A stretch of 64,000 nucleotides of DNA from assembly GCA_004764695.1 (NCBI GenBank), contig SMSO01000014.1:3157648-3221647 (forward strand), given 5' to 3'. The notes beneath the pieces are model-generated. The model was not told where the DNA came from, did no database searches, and saw only the letters and a list, made by a program, of their open reading frames with translations. Position 1 is the first letter of the stretch. The number at the start of each line of letters is the position of its first letter. Positions 13,331 to 25,497 of this stretch are shown here, piece after piece. Both the position numbers and the translations under genes were made by a program. The DNA is from Schizochytrium sp. TIO01. Lineage: Eukaryota > Protista > Bigyra: Labyrinthulomycetes.

Positions 13331-14069
13331 GCGCAAGAGCAATTGGCTCGATATCAGAAATCGTTGTAAAGCCTCAGGAGAGATGAAGTTGAACGTGCAA
13401 CACGAGTTTAGATGCTGATTCCCAAGGAAAGGTTCAGGTTATTGCGTAATTCGTTGCGTGCAAGAAGCACCAGCTCTGACTTATCTGCTGTATATTGTTC
13501 TTTCCTGTTCTGTAAGACAGGGTGAAGGTTTGCTCAAGGTGAGCTGGCTAACAATCTATATCGCGCCTGCGCAGCCTGAAACGAAGCGCCCTTCAAACTG
13601 TTGTTAATTATAGCATTGCGAAGTGTAGCATATCAAACTGGCAGTTGCTTACTCCACTTCAGGGCATGGAATTGCTTGTGCAGCTGGTGAACTTGGCGGA
13701 TAATACCTACTTGGTTTTTAAATACAATTTCAGATTGAGTTATAGGCCTAGTATAAAAATCGACGCACGCATTTTGTACTCTACTCTTTATGATGTTTAC
13801 GTGTGAAGAGGCACTGAGCCTGAGCAAAACGCTACAGTTTGCACCTTTTTATAACCCTACGAAAATTCTAAGAACGACCACGAATAGAAGTGTACGCACA
13901 TTTTTTTCTTAAAGGATTATGTTAGAAGTAAATTTCATGAAAAATTGTACTTTCTCACCCAATTTGTTAATGAGGAAACATAGTTTTGCTGATTGTCTGG
14001 CTTGTGGACACCTGTAGCTTCATTTGTAGGCTTCCACGAAGCTCTGCTGATAGGAATTGACAGGAGGTT

Positions 14070-14860
14070 TAGCAGGTTCTAGACTATGTCTTTTGCTTCA
14101 GTTGGTATCACGCACGCACCTCTGCTTACTTCCGAACAAATGATACGATTAAATTGAAGATTTGACTATACCTAAATGCAGAGGTATTGCTTTAAAACAA
14201 AGAATTAGAGATGGTGCTCGAGAGAGCCTTAATGAATTGAGATAAGAATTGTGGTAGGGAGTAAACATCTAAGGAGCATATCCTATATTTTTATATTAGA
14301 TTGCAAGGAGGCAGTACCTACACTACAGCGTAGCTCAAATGTTGAGTTTCGAATGTTCTCTTGAATAATACTGTTGTTGTTCCCTACAATTAAAAAAAAA
14401 ATGAAAAACACTTATCATCATGGAAGAGTTCTTTTTTATATTGAAAACTAAGGTTGAATATTTATTTTCTTGTACCTATGTGCTCCAAAGGGGACTTGCA
14501 TAATACAAACATTACTTTATTGAGGTATTAGACTAGTTTGTTATTGTTTTCTCATGATCATGACTGCAAAAGAACAAGTAGCATTGGAATTACGGAAAAG
14601 GCCTGAAGGTAACTTTTGGTTATACAACCATGAGCATCAGTACTTTGTCTGTCTGGAGAATCCCTTATTCAATCCAGGAAGTGGCCCACTCGATCGAGTC
14701 GCCGAAGGAAGCTAAAGAGTTGTTTATTTTGAAACCCCGACGAATCACCGAAGGCCCTTTCTTTCGGAAGAAGTGTGTCCGAAAATCTGGCGAACTTTAT
14801 GAGTAGAAAATTGCAAATATTCAGTTCCTTTTAAAGACCTTGCCTCGATTCCCGGTTCTC
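14070..14860 (+). pseudogene. possible decayed LRR fragments
   Basis: TMSFASVGITHAP and IEDLTIPKCRGI (about 14070-14200); SIQEVAHSIESPKEAKELFIL and LLKTLP (about 14660-14860). Confidence 0.3.
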
Positions 14861-15401
14861 TTCCGTTAGTTCTACATCTCTCCAAAATCAACCGCGAGAA
14901 ATACTAACCCACATGATGATCATAAAAGTTGTATACTATCTCCGGAATATAGATACTCTCTTTAGTCGACTTTTTAAAATTTATTTTTTTAATTAACCTA
15001 TAAAAGTTTATACATATAATCGATCAAAGCTTGAGGAGTATTGTGCTACAAAGATTTGAAAATCAAAAGAGCATATATAGTGCAAACTAAATGAAAACCT
15101 GCACTTTAGATTTATCGAGATGACTAGGAGCTAAATAAGGTGATCGGCTTTTCTATTTTAAAGAATGAAACTCGCAACCGTTTTGCAAGTGCAATCCTGT
15201 GCAAATTTTGCACTCAGAAAGTTGAATTTGGGCATCAAATTATGCTTGAGCTGCATTAAATCATGCCCACTACTCCCTTAACGAAATATCCATAGCTCCT
15301 TTGGATGTGTTTGGATATGTATCGCAAAAACCATTGACCAGAGAGTTTATTATGATGAATACCATAGTATATAAATAATTATGTATGCATGAAATCTACC
15401 A

Positions 15402-15830
15402 TTGCTGCATTCTCTTCAGAAATTCTCGGAGGATTGTTGGGGAAAGGAAATAAAATATACCCCGCTAGGAATTCATAAACTCTTTAGAAGCTTCGGTAAA
15501 AGTCAGCTCTATAAAAAACATAAAGGAGCTAGTTATGCTATACACTCTACAAAGACAATACAATGTCCAACCATCTTGATTGTATTATAAGCCCTATCTA
15601 AACAAGGTTATTTAGAATTTGAATCTCCAGCATGGCAAACTGCACTTCTGCATTAAGAACGAAATAATGAAACACCCATTTCATGAAAGAGTACTAAGAA
15701 TTCGTCTACCATGAAATAGGATTTATACATTTGGCAAAGCACTTGTTCGGTTGATATTGTTTTCCAATAGACCACTGCTAGCCTTTACCGTAAATTCCCA
15801 GATCCTAAAGCATTCCACTTCCATAACAGA
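15402..15830 (+). pseudogene. decayed LRR fragment
   Basis: 15691-15780 reads VLRIRLP*NRIYTFGKA-LVRLILFSNRPL (two LxxLxLxxN cores); also LQKFSEDCW, EIKYTPL, DPKAF. Confidence 0.5.
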
Positions 15831-17405
15831 GTCCTGGACTATTGTATATGACTTTTCTCTAGGCCATATAAACACTGGTTTTGACGAGTCCAGATCTCAA
15901 CATATAGAGACGATGCAATTTCTGTGACTAAAATTATTCAAATTCGCACCCGCATCCAATTTTAGGCCGTATCAAAATATAAGCCAGCTCTCAATTCCGT
16001 GCTACACTCTTATGACGCTCCAGACCTTGGCCAGGCCAAAGCACGTGTCATGTGTGCAGGGCGAGTACTCGATATGAGCGAGTCTTTGTATTCATAGATC
16101 ATATTCAATACATAAAACTCTACAAAATTCGATATCTCCCCCGCCTACCTTTTTCTTTATAACTACTTAGGTACAGCTATTCAAATTGATTTAGGGGACA
16201 AATCAAATCCTCGATTATAATTTAAACGTTACTGTGAGTACGATAAAGCTATACTCCTTTAAAAGGCATATAAGTATTATAAATATATGCATGCATTCTG
16301 CATTCATCTTAGCTGCTAGTATACTCAAAGTTCAAAGTTGCCTACAAGACACTTTTTCGTTCACATATCTTTTGTGCAATTTCCTTATCTTCATCTGTTT
16401 GCAAATATGAAAATGCTTCTATGCACCTCAGTGTTTGCTGAAAGTGGTCATTCGCAAGCTATTACGTGTGAGGTAGATATTAGAAATGTAGATATCATTA
16501 TGTGATACTGGACAGACAATTTGACTTAACGTATCCAAGAAGTTGAAATACTGGACTGGATGTATTGGGATATTTTCAATAAATCTCTATCAAAACCTTG
16601 ATTGGTAACGTATTTCCAAGATGAATATGAGCTGATTCCTTTTTTTAATAAACCCCCCAGCAGATATCTCTTTCGAAAACATAATTTAGATTGATATTTT
16701 AACTAACGGTTCCGAGACACCCCATGTTGCGTTTAGATTTATTTTAGATTTGCATTTTCAATCAGATGCTAAACTTATACGCAGAAGTTGCAATCATGTT
16801 GTCTGTGTCTCAAGTTCGAAAAGGTGAAGCATTATTGATGTTTGTATACCCTCCTGTAACTTAAACACGGATATTGTGCTTGTGAATAAGAAGCCAAGAA
16901 TATCAATAGCAAGCGGAAACTAAACATTCGGTTTCGAATATGTGATACTATTGTTATTTACATGAATAACCTATTTATTTATCGATGAACTTCTAAAGTA
17001 CCAAGTGATTTATGACTTGGACATCTACTTCCAGTCATACTATTTGAAATGCACATTTTTTCCAAAACGAAAAAAAAGACAGTAAGATCGGAGTGAGACT
17101 CAAGTAATATTTACTGTATGATGATCAAATCTCATCCTGTATGCTTGCTGGAAGGGAAATCTGATCTGCTACAGGTTGGCTATTAATATAAAATCAAGAC
17201 GCTTAAAGAAGGTTCAAGAGGTCTTTGCTCAGAACAATTCTGCTTCTGGAGATAACAATACAATTTCTTGGAATTGTATACTAACGAACGTTATTAGCGT
17301 GAGACGAAGACAAATTTTATCTGAGGCTAGTTAGCTCCTCTCTTTATACATCGTTTTATACTCCTCCTTACTTACTATTCAATAATACATGTACGTTTTA
17401 GGTTC

Positions 17406-17684
17406 TTGGAGACCTTGGTTTCCAATTCACGACCCAGTTCAAATCATTTTTGGAGTCTCATTTCTTCATTTGTTCAAGTGCAGGAATTCAATGCCTTTTC
17501 CGCACGTCCCTTCAAATGGGGACCCTATTACTTTCAAGCAAGAAGTGAAAATTTAAAACCATGGCAGGAAGTTTTGTTGTTTGTATATATAATATCTGTT
17601 GAAAAGGGCTCTTCTTTATTCGTTGAATTTGTCTATAAGCTAGATTTCATTGGACGGGCAATTAAGCCCCCCAAATACCTGTAG
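17406..17684 (+). pseudogene. decayed LRR fragment
   Basis: YIISVEKGSSLFVEFVYKLDFIGRAIK fits the 24-residue register across a repeat junction. Confidence 0.45.
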
Positions 17685-17750
17685 CGTTATGCATGACAAC
17701 ATAGAATTACTTGTATGATAAAATGAGGAACGACGAATTACACAGTTCAA

Positions 17751-18515
17751 TTAGGGACACAACGTGAAGTACATGAGATTCAACTCACAGATCAAGAGGC
17801 TACCTTTCTGTGTAATCCGCACAGAAATGGCGACTCGAGAAATTATTAGAACGATAACTAGAGCCCTTGATATATTGATACAATTCCTGAAAGACGAAAG
17901 TGTGGTTAAGCGATGAACTCGATCAACCAGATACCTTGCGTAGAACCAAGCGGCCACGTGTGAAGGTTTATATAGCTCTTCTAAAAGAGAAATATGAATC
18001 GAATCTATGGTTGAAACTTGCCTCCTTATCATTCAGGACAATTAAGTGTACCTAAAGTATCGTGAATCCGCTCGGGCTAAAAAAGTAAACAGATCCTATA
18101 TTTAGAAACTTCAGCCATCTCAAGTATTGACAAAGCTCTCAAGTATTCATTCAAAGTACGACTCTTAGCTGGGGGAAGATGTTCTGAGTTTGTATACGGC
18201 GTCTATGCACTTGAGTTACGGCTGTGCATGCTTTCAATTAATACCAAGTATTTATTACGCATCATCTACCAAACATTTATGTGAAGGAAAAAAATAAACT
18301 AGAAATATAAAGATCTTTTGAAGGTTTTTTCATTCAAGGTTTGTAACAGATCTGGATCTTTCTGTTGGAAAACAGAAAAGATACCCTGAATAATATCTCT
18401 TGTGCTTAATTGTATCCAAACTAATGCAGAAAGATAAACGTGCATAATTTTGACTCTCAAGAAGAAGTAATTCATAAAGCGCTCGAGATTTGATAACTAT
18501 AACTAAGCTCTTCAC
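17751..18515 (-). pseudogene. decayed LRR fragments
   Basis: SRALYELLLLESQ; LLQTLNEKTFKRSLYF (about 18303-18350, canonical register); SLLEELY; RLTTLSSFRNC. Confidence 0.4.
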
Positions 18516-19014
18516 CCGAATTTTAACTAAAGTCCAAGAATAGGTGTATACAAAGGAAAAGCAATATGTGCGTTCTTATTCACTGAGATTCCAAATCAAA
18601 CAATGTCTCTCAGCATTCTGATGGTAGAGTGGCATCATAGTTTTATCGTCTCGATAACATTTCTTCTCTAAGATAGTTAACCAAAAGGTGGAGACAGTAC
18701 GTTTTCGATCCCTACTATAGAATTGGTTGCCCTATATCTAGGGAAACTTGAACGGCTTGATTATGCAAAAGCCGTTCATAGAAATATAAACAAAGGGTAG
18801 GGTTCTATTTTGAGACAGAAAAGGAAATAGCGTTGATACTTAAAAATTGATATAATGAAATCGGGGTAAAGGTTGATCTATGGCAGAGGATGTTGTGTTG
18901 AGAAAAGTAAAGTATGTTATGCAGGTTTGACTTGTCAAATGTCACAGTGAGACTAACATGCGAGGTATTTACGCGTGTGCAGTCTTGCGGAAGCGCTCAA
19001 AGCCCATCTTAGTG

Positions 19015-20709
19015 TCAGCAGAACGGCAAGGTGATAATCTGGCCAGACTGCTTCAAGTTGCGAGCAAAGTATTCGCGCATGGTGCCATGGCCCTTGGCGT
19101 CGTTGCCACCACGCTCGTAAGCAAAAACCTTACGGAGGTCCTCCATGGAGAGTCCCTTGGTCTCCGGCTGAAGAAGGGTAACAGTGGGCACAGTCACAGC
19201 CAAGTTAAGACCGACGCAAATGAACATCATAGCCTGAAGACTGGTAGCACTGTACATGGCAAGGTAGCCAACATCACCAAGGACGATGTTGGTGAAAATG
19301 TTGGAACTTACAGAGACGGCCATACCGACACCACGGAGGCGAAGAGGGTAAGCTTCGGATGGAACAACCCATCCAAGAGGGCCGAGGGTGCATGCGAAGA
19401 CGACCTGGAAGAGGAAGACCATAGCAACACAGAAGAATTGGACAGAGCGAGTCTGGTCATCAGCCTCGTCGGTGTTAACGTTGACGCCAGTGCCGACGAT
19501 GACAATTCCAATAAGAAAGAAGGCGACGACGGTGAAGAAGGTGCCCCAGATGGTAAGGAATTTACGACCCATACGATCAATAAGCGGGAGAGCAATGAAG
19601 GTTGCGAGCACGTTGATGGCCTTGAGCGCAAGATCATAGGTGAAAGGGTCGAGACTGAGGGAGTTGAAAAGAGTGGTGGCGTAGGACATGAAGAAGTTGA
19701 CTCCGGTAACGTTCTGGGAGAAGGCAACTCCGGCACCGCAGAGGAATGACGGGAGGTTCTCACGCTGGAAGAGCTCCCCAAAGGAGCCCTGGCCAACCTG
19801 CTCCTCGGTCTCAACCTCATTGCGAATCTGAGCCATCTCGTAGCTGACAGCCTTATCGGCATTCTCAGAACCATGGGCGAGTCTCTGGAGGGCATCCTCG
19901 GCCTCAGGAGCGCGACCCATCTTGATGAGCCAACGAGGGGACTCCGGGAGCACAGTCACAGTAAGAAGGATGATGAGAGCACAAGGAATGCACTGAAGTG
20001 CAATACCAAGACGCCAGCCCCAAACGACCTCTTCCATACGCTCGTTGAAGATAGCCATGACAAAGATACCGATGGTGATAGCGAGCTGGAAGAATGTGAT
20101 GGACTTACCACGCCACTGAGCAGGAGCAAGCTCGGCAGTGTACACGGGAGCCATGGTGAGAATGAAACCGTTGCCAATACCACCAATAGCGCGACCAATG
20201 ATAATGCTCTCCCAGGCAAAGCTCTGCTTCACGAGACCGGCAAGGGCCTGCCAGAGGGATCCAAGAAGGAAGATAGTTGCAGCAATGATAATCACAGGCT
20301 TACGGCCGAGACGGTCGGTAATGTAGCCTGCAAAGGGAGCACCAACGAGGGTTGCAATGTGGAAAATGTAGGTGAATTGGGCAATCTGGTTGGTGGTCTC
20401 CTCGGAATCCTTTTGACCGGATTCAAGAACAGGGATTCCCATTTCCTGGCGGAAGTACTTGTTGGACATGGTGGCCGCGGTACCGATATCGAGACCGAAG
20501 ATAAGACCACCAAGGATAGCGGCGAGGAGAATCAGCATGGTGAAAGCATTGAGCTGGCGCTGAGGAAGGTCCTCAATCGTGGTTTCACCATCATTTAAGT
20601 TGGCGCCGCTGACATCAGCAGGGCTGACGGAGTCCTTAGCCTTGGTGGTTGTGTGCTGGGCACTCATGGTCGTGGTGTCCATGGAGATGTTCTCATCTTG
20701 ACTAAGCAT
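19015..20709 (-). CDS. MFS sugar porter family transporter (paralog 2); 564 aa as assembled, 579 aa ending at TAA 18969-18971 if a 1-nt insertion near 19030 is removed
   Basis: Colinear with paralog 1 along its length. Motifs GGLIFGLDIG, TDRLGRKP, PESPRWL, IDRMGRK, QPETKG. The ORF track starts at TTG 20781; the first ATG is at 20709. Confidence 0.93.
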   Translation of the reverse strand: MLSQDENISMDTTTMSAQHTTTKAKDSVSPADVSGANLNDGETTIEDLPQRQLNAFTMLILLAAILGGLIFGLDIGTAATMSNKYFRQEMGIPVLESGQKDSEETTNQIAQFTYIFHIATLVGAPFAGYITDRLGRKPVIIIAATIFLLGSLWQALAGLVKQSFAWESIIIGRAIGGIGNGFILTMAPVYTAELAPAQWRGKSITFFQLAITIGIFVMAIFNERMEEVVWGWRLGIALQCIPCALIILLTVTVLPESPRWLIKMGRAPEAEDALQRLAHGSENADKAVSYEMAQIRNEVETEEQVGQGSFGELFQRENLPSFLCGAGVAFSQNVTGVNFFMSYATTLFNSLSLDPFTYDLALKAINVLATFIALPLIDRMGRKFLTIWGTFFTVVAFFLIGIVIVGTGVNVNTDEADDQTRSVQFFCVAMVFLFQVVFACTLGPLGWVVPSEAYPLRLRGVGMAVSVSSNIFTNIVLGDVGYLAMYSATSLQAMMFICVGLNLAVTVPTVTLLQPETKGLSMEDLRKVFAYERGGNDAKGHGTMREYFARNLKQSGQIITLPFC

Positions 20710-20741
20710 ATTGGCTTCTTGCTTTTCTTGCGGCGCGAGGC

Positions 20742-20770
20742 CTAATAAAATATATAAATTAAAGTTAGAA
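20742..20770 (-). other. possible branch point and 3' splice site of a 5'-UTR intron of transporter paralog 2
   Basis: Minus strand TTCTAAC-TTTAATTTATATATTTTATTAG|G, about 33 nt upstream of the ATG; donor not determined. Confidence 0.35.
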
Positions 20771-21269
20771 CTCAAAAGCAATAGCTGGCGGTCGAAGCGC
20801 GATTTGGCCTCGATCGTCTTGAGCTTGGCGTTTTGGGTTTGCTGGCTTGGCCAAGCGAGTTTGGGATTTGCTTTCCAAGTGAAGCAGACAATTTATGCCA
20901 CTCAACTCTTGTTTCTGGTTTCTGTCAGTGTAGCCTTGTCTATTGCCTATGAGTGGCGTTTAAGGTTTTACAGGGAGGGGAGACGACTTTTTGCCCAGTG
21001 TGTCCGGAGGACCAAAAGTGAAATATAAAGTGCCAAAAACATACTGCATGAAGGGACTCGGAAGCAACTGTTCCTCTCATTTTTAAATTTTCTTTAAATA
21101 TTTAAAATAAAGTACACTCTAAAAAAATACTTTTAATTTTTTAATTGAAAAGGGTCCTGGAGGAAAACTCTCTCTATAACATTATCTAATCTAAAACACT
21201 AACAATATCACTTCCGAAAGACTTCATTTTTTTAAAAAGATGATCTATAAATTCAATGAAAATGAGGAT

Positions 21270-22640
21270 CTACTTTGGAGGATATGGTGAGTCTAAGTTT
21301 GAGGGAGCAGCAGTTAAGACATGCTCCAATCTAGCAGTAGAGAGATCAATAATGCACATTGTTAGTCATTTCCATCCCCGGCTTTGGCTACCTGCTCATC
21401 ATTCTACTACTTTTAGCTAGAATACTCGGAGATACCCGGATCAAAGATCATTTGAACAAACTAACTTTCACTACTTGCATCGGTTTAATTAATAGTCACC
21501 TCTAAGCTACTCTGCAGTGTCTATGTTTACTTGTGTCTCCTCGGCTAACGAGCGACTGCTGAGCTGGAAATGCATGTGCCGCATGGAGAGTCCCGAACTC
21601 AGTGGCCGACAGAGGCCACCTTTCAGTCTTGAAAACATCTCAAACATCCACAAATAGTTTTTCTTCTTTTTCTTCTTTATTTTACAAGAAGATCATTTTT
21701 TAAAATAAATGTTTTCATTTAAAAAAACACATGCAAACGCCCTCTTAAAGTGAGTGCCATCCATTTGAAGCTTGTTCATCCTCCAGGCCTGGTCTCTCGA
21801 CCCAAGTGAACAAGTGAAAGGGTTTGCGCAGTAAGCCAAAACGAAATCCGCATTTTTAGCCGCGTGACCACCTCATAACTGCGTATGCACTGTAGCACCT
21901 AAGTTCTCGAGAGACGAATGGTAGTGAATTCTTAGATCGGGCACACTGAATTGACTATTTCTGGCTCTTGGTCACTGCGCTCCGGTGTGCCTTCGCGAGG
22001 CGAGCAGGAGCAGACCGGACCACGCGACTGAGGCACAATTGTTGAGCTGCCGTTAGCAATCATTTATCAAAGCAGCTGAAGCTTCGAGACGCGTGCCCGA
22101 GCTCCTGTGCAGACCTGGCCACGAGTTTGCATCGAATTAGGTATCAACTCTCAGCCTGACCTGCACTCGGGGAGTAGTTGATTTTCTTTTATCAGGTATT
22201 TTAAATTATCATAAACATAAACATATACCTATTACTCGACCCATTCAATTTAGTTAGCCCCACAGACGCAATCTCTTTTTTTTTTTACATTATTGGAAAA
22301 TTATGTCTACGTACAACTATAAAGAAACGTACGTAAAGTGCGCGATTGCGATTGAAAGAAAAAGGCGATCAAGAGCGACTTCATAAAACTTTTGTTCAAC
22401 TGCATGGCATGGTGGCATGCTTGATAGCATCGTGCACTTTCTCGAAGCTGACCATCGAGAGTATTGTAATCCATGGCGTGACTACAGCAATGGCATGATG
22501 ATGAAGGCTGTAAGCACGCGGTGTTATACAAGCTAGCTGACAGATACTTTCACGTCGATTACAATAGCCAGCAATGGAGCTCTTAATGAAAAATGCCTGT
22601 TCGAGGACTTAATGCAATTTCGCGCAAAAGGAAGTTGCGC
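21270..22640 (+). pseudogene. decayed LRR gene segment
   Basis: About 21318-21437 reads TCSNLAV/EINNAHC*SFPSPALATCSSFYYF*LEYSEIP in 24-residue register; later TEATFQS*KHL, TELTISGSWSL, IELGINSQPDL, LFEDLMQF. Confidence 0.5.
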
Positions 22641-23776
22641 ATTACGACTTGGAAGTGCGAGCGTTTTTAAATACGAAAAAACGCAGCAAATAGCTATTAC
22701 TTGTAGTGCCTCGCTATCATGTCTAAGTAGTCAAATTAACATAGCACGCTTTTAATTTTAATTATTTTTTAATTATTATTATTTTTTATTTCAATGCAAG
22801 TTCATTACGATTTGAATTATAAAAGGAATGAAAGGCAAGGAAACTTGGAAAGAAGGCACGTGCTCGGGGCCTTTAGCAGTTGCCCGCTTGGTTTTGAATA
22901 ACATAGCTTGAACCCGTGGAATGACAATTATTGAAAAGGCCACAGCTAAAATCTCAGCAAATAGAACGTGCATTTGCTGCTATAGTTGAGGCTGGCGTAA
23001 ATATTCGAATTACGAGAGTCATAGACGAAGTTTGATAGGGCTGAAGTTGAGACCAAAAGCTAGTAAAGATCTGAATCAGTCAAATAAAGCTTGAGTATTT
23101 AAACTGTTTTCGACATGAAGTAAATATATTAATCATGGTATTTATTATGCTTATTAACCATTTGAATGGGGCATACTAGGTGTCATGAAGAGATATTCCG
23201 ATCGAGAAACACTTACGATGGGGGATTTTAACTTTCTGCAAAGCGTATGCCGAAGCTTCATGAGAAAGTTAAAATGACTCTCAAATACGCAATGAGATGA
23301 AAATGATGGGCTCGGATAAGCCATTAATGCTTGACTTAATAGTTTATGGCTTTACTGAAAACTAGTCCACACTGCAAATCGGAGAAGCGCGTTGGGGAAT
23401 CTATTTTAAGATCAACTTTAGCTTTCCTAATACACTATGGATCTGCGACAAAGGCATTTGCAATCATCAAAGGTTTGTACGATCCAACGCTTGCAAAGTA
23501 GCATATATATACAGCTGTTGTAGTGGCCAAATTAACGATGTAGAATTCTGGGTCAGACTCTGATGAATAGCAAGGTCGCACTTTTCTAAGGAGATAACCA
23601 GAATTTGGAAATCATACGATCTAACTATCACTTGACTGGGGAGCAGGAATAACATAATTGAAAACTTCAAACTTCATGTTTAGAGTTCAGCAGAGAAACA
23701 CCAAAGAGACAGTTGTAATGATCGTGAACGTTGCACTTGTACTTTTTGATAATCCTCCCGATATATTGCAAGTTAA

Positions 23777-24470
23777 TTGTCCCAAGAAATATATAAATTA
23801 AAAGTGTTCGTTCGAGACACTTATATAATCAAGTTTGGTTCTTTTCACGATATATCGGGCAATTGTTTGCACTGCATGGGCACGAGACCCAGGTCTAGTG
23901 GCAGCCGTCCTAGAAATATTTGGATAACTTATGTGATAAACTCTTCAACAAAGCCTTTCTCGTTATTCGGCGACGCAAGATACCGATCAAAGATTGTGTC
24001 CAAAGGGGTGGTTGCCCAGTTCCGCATTCTCCGTACCTTTGCGCATCTTGGCCCATAGCCAAAGCTTTAAGGGAAAAAAAAAAAAAAAACTGAAGAGGAC
24101 AGCACGCTTGAAGGTGTAAGCATGAATCCCTCTGTGCTTACGCGCAATCTGGAGCTACTTTTATCCTATGGTGTGCACTGTATCTGTATTCACATTATCT
24201 ATTTATTGAGGGAGCGAGCGAGCTGGAGCCTAAGGTTTCATCTTGCGAGCCCGATTCAGCCAACAAGGTTGATGCACGGGACCGGGGAACATGGCGCAGC
24301 CAATTGATTTGCCCACGGTTTCGATCCTTTCGCAATTCTGTTCTGAGTTTTCGAGACGCGGTATCTGCCCACAGATTCTTGCGGAGGCGAATACGGCTGC
24401 TGCAAAAAATACCCCGACACTGTCTCGAAAATAGGCCGTGGAGCGATCCTTCGTTTTCTGGCAAGAAAAA
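23777..24470 (+). pseudogene. decayed LRR fragments
   Basis: KLKVFVRDTYIIKFGSFHDIS, SKIVSKGVVAQFRILRTF, TRNLELLLSYG, LLQKIPRHCL. Confidence 0.45.
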
Positions 24471-25497
24471 TGCTATTATTGAGGTTTCTCTTTATTCGAG
24501 GCCATCTACTTTTTTTAAATATAAATAATCAGTTCTTAATGATTACAGATACTCCTCAAAATCGACACCTACAATGGCCGCCCTAGAACCATTTTTTTAC
24601 TACGTCATGAATTCTCAGGTTAACATTTTCTTTGATAAGCGCCGCAAGACCAAAAGCCAAAGCACTGTCTGATATCGCCAACCGGTGATAATTTGCACTG
24701 CAAAGCTCTTTTATAAACCTACTGGCGTACCCCCCGTGGTCCAGCTCTTGCCTACCGTAGCGGGGGTACTGAGGATGCCTTATGCAGAGTTTTCACTTTT
24801 CCTTGTCTATCCCAATCGTCAGCCCACTTTTTTGTTTCAATTGTATTTTTCATAGAGAAAATTAAAATAAACACGTTAACTTAAGTGGAAAATACTAGGG
24901 AAAGAAAGTGTCTTATCACATCTGCTAAACAAATAGGCGATTTCTTACCAGGGATTATTAGTTTTAAAAAATAAGCAAAAGCGGAACTCTGCACTATTAT
25001 TTTTTCTTGTTAAAATTCCTTTGACCAGGAAGAGAAAAAAAAGTTGGTTGAGAAGGCTCTGTTTCCCGTTCTTAACAGCAGTCCCGCCGACCATTCGCCG
25101 AGCAAGGTCCGAAAGCTGCTCCTGCTGCGGCTCGGGCTCGTGAACCGCATTGCGTGTTTGATGGCCGGCCGGCCTTAGACCCATCTGATCTGCGAGGCTC
25201 CCAAGAAGAAGAAGAACAAGAACCAGAAGAAGTTAACTAACTAACTAACCAACCCCGGAGGAGGCGCTGAATCGCTCTGGGCGCTTGGCTCCTGCTTGGT
25301 TCAGACGGCTTAGGATGCGTTTGGGAGCTGATTCGGCCAGCGTCCATGCACGCCCGCAAAACTCGAAGAAGCGTCTCGCAGGGCGAGCTTGCTTTGATCT
25401 ACTCTCGTGCTTCAGGCGCAGCGGAGAGAGCTCTCGCTCGAAGCTTGCTTGCTTGCGCAAGGCGAAGGGCACACCGCGCATTGAAGAAGGCGCCGCC

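Noticed and set aside
17118-17164. C/D-box snoRNA candidate (ATGATGA...CTGA)
   Set aside because: Only about 47 nt, no terminal stem and no evident rRNA guide
18958-20598. Long plus-strand ORFs 18958-19749 (263 aa) and 19873-20598 (241 aa), and similarly 7897-8436
   Set aside because: Antisense shadows of the sugar transporters caused by codon bias; no recognisable protein features
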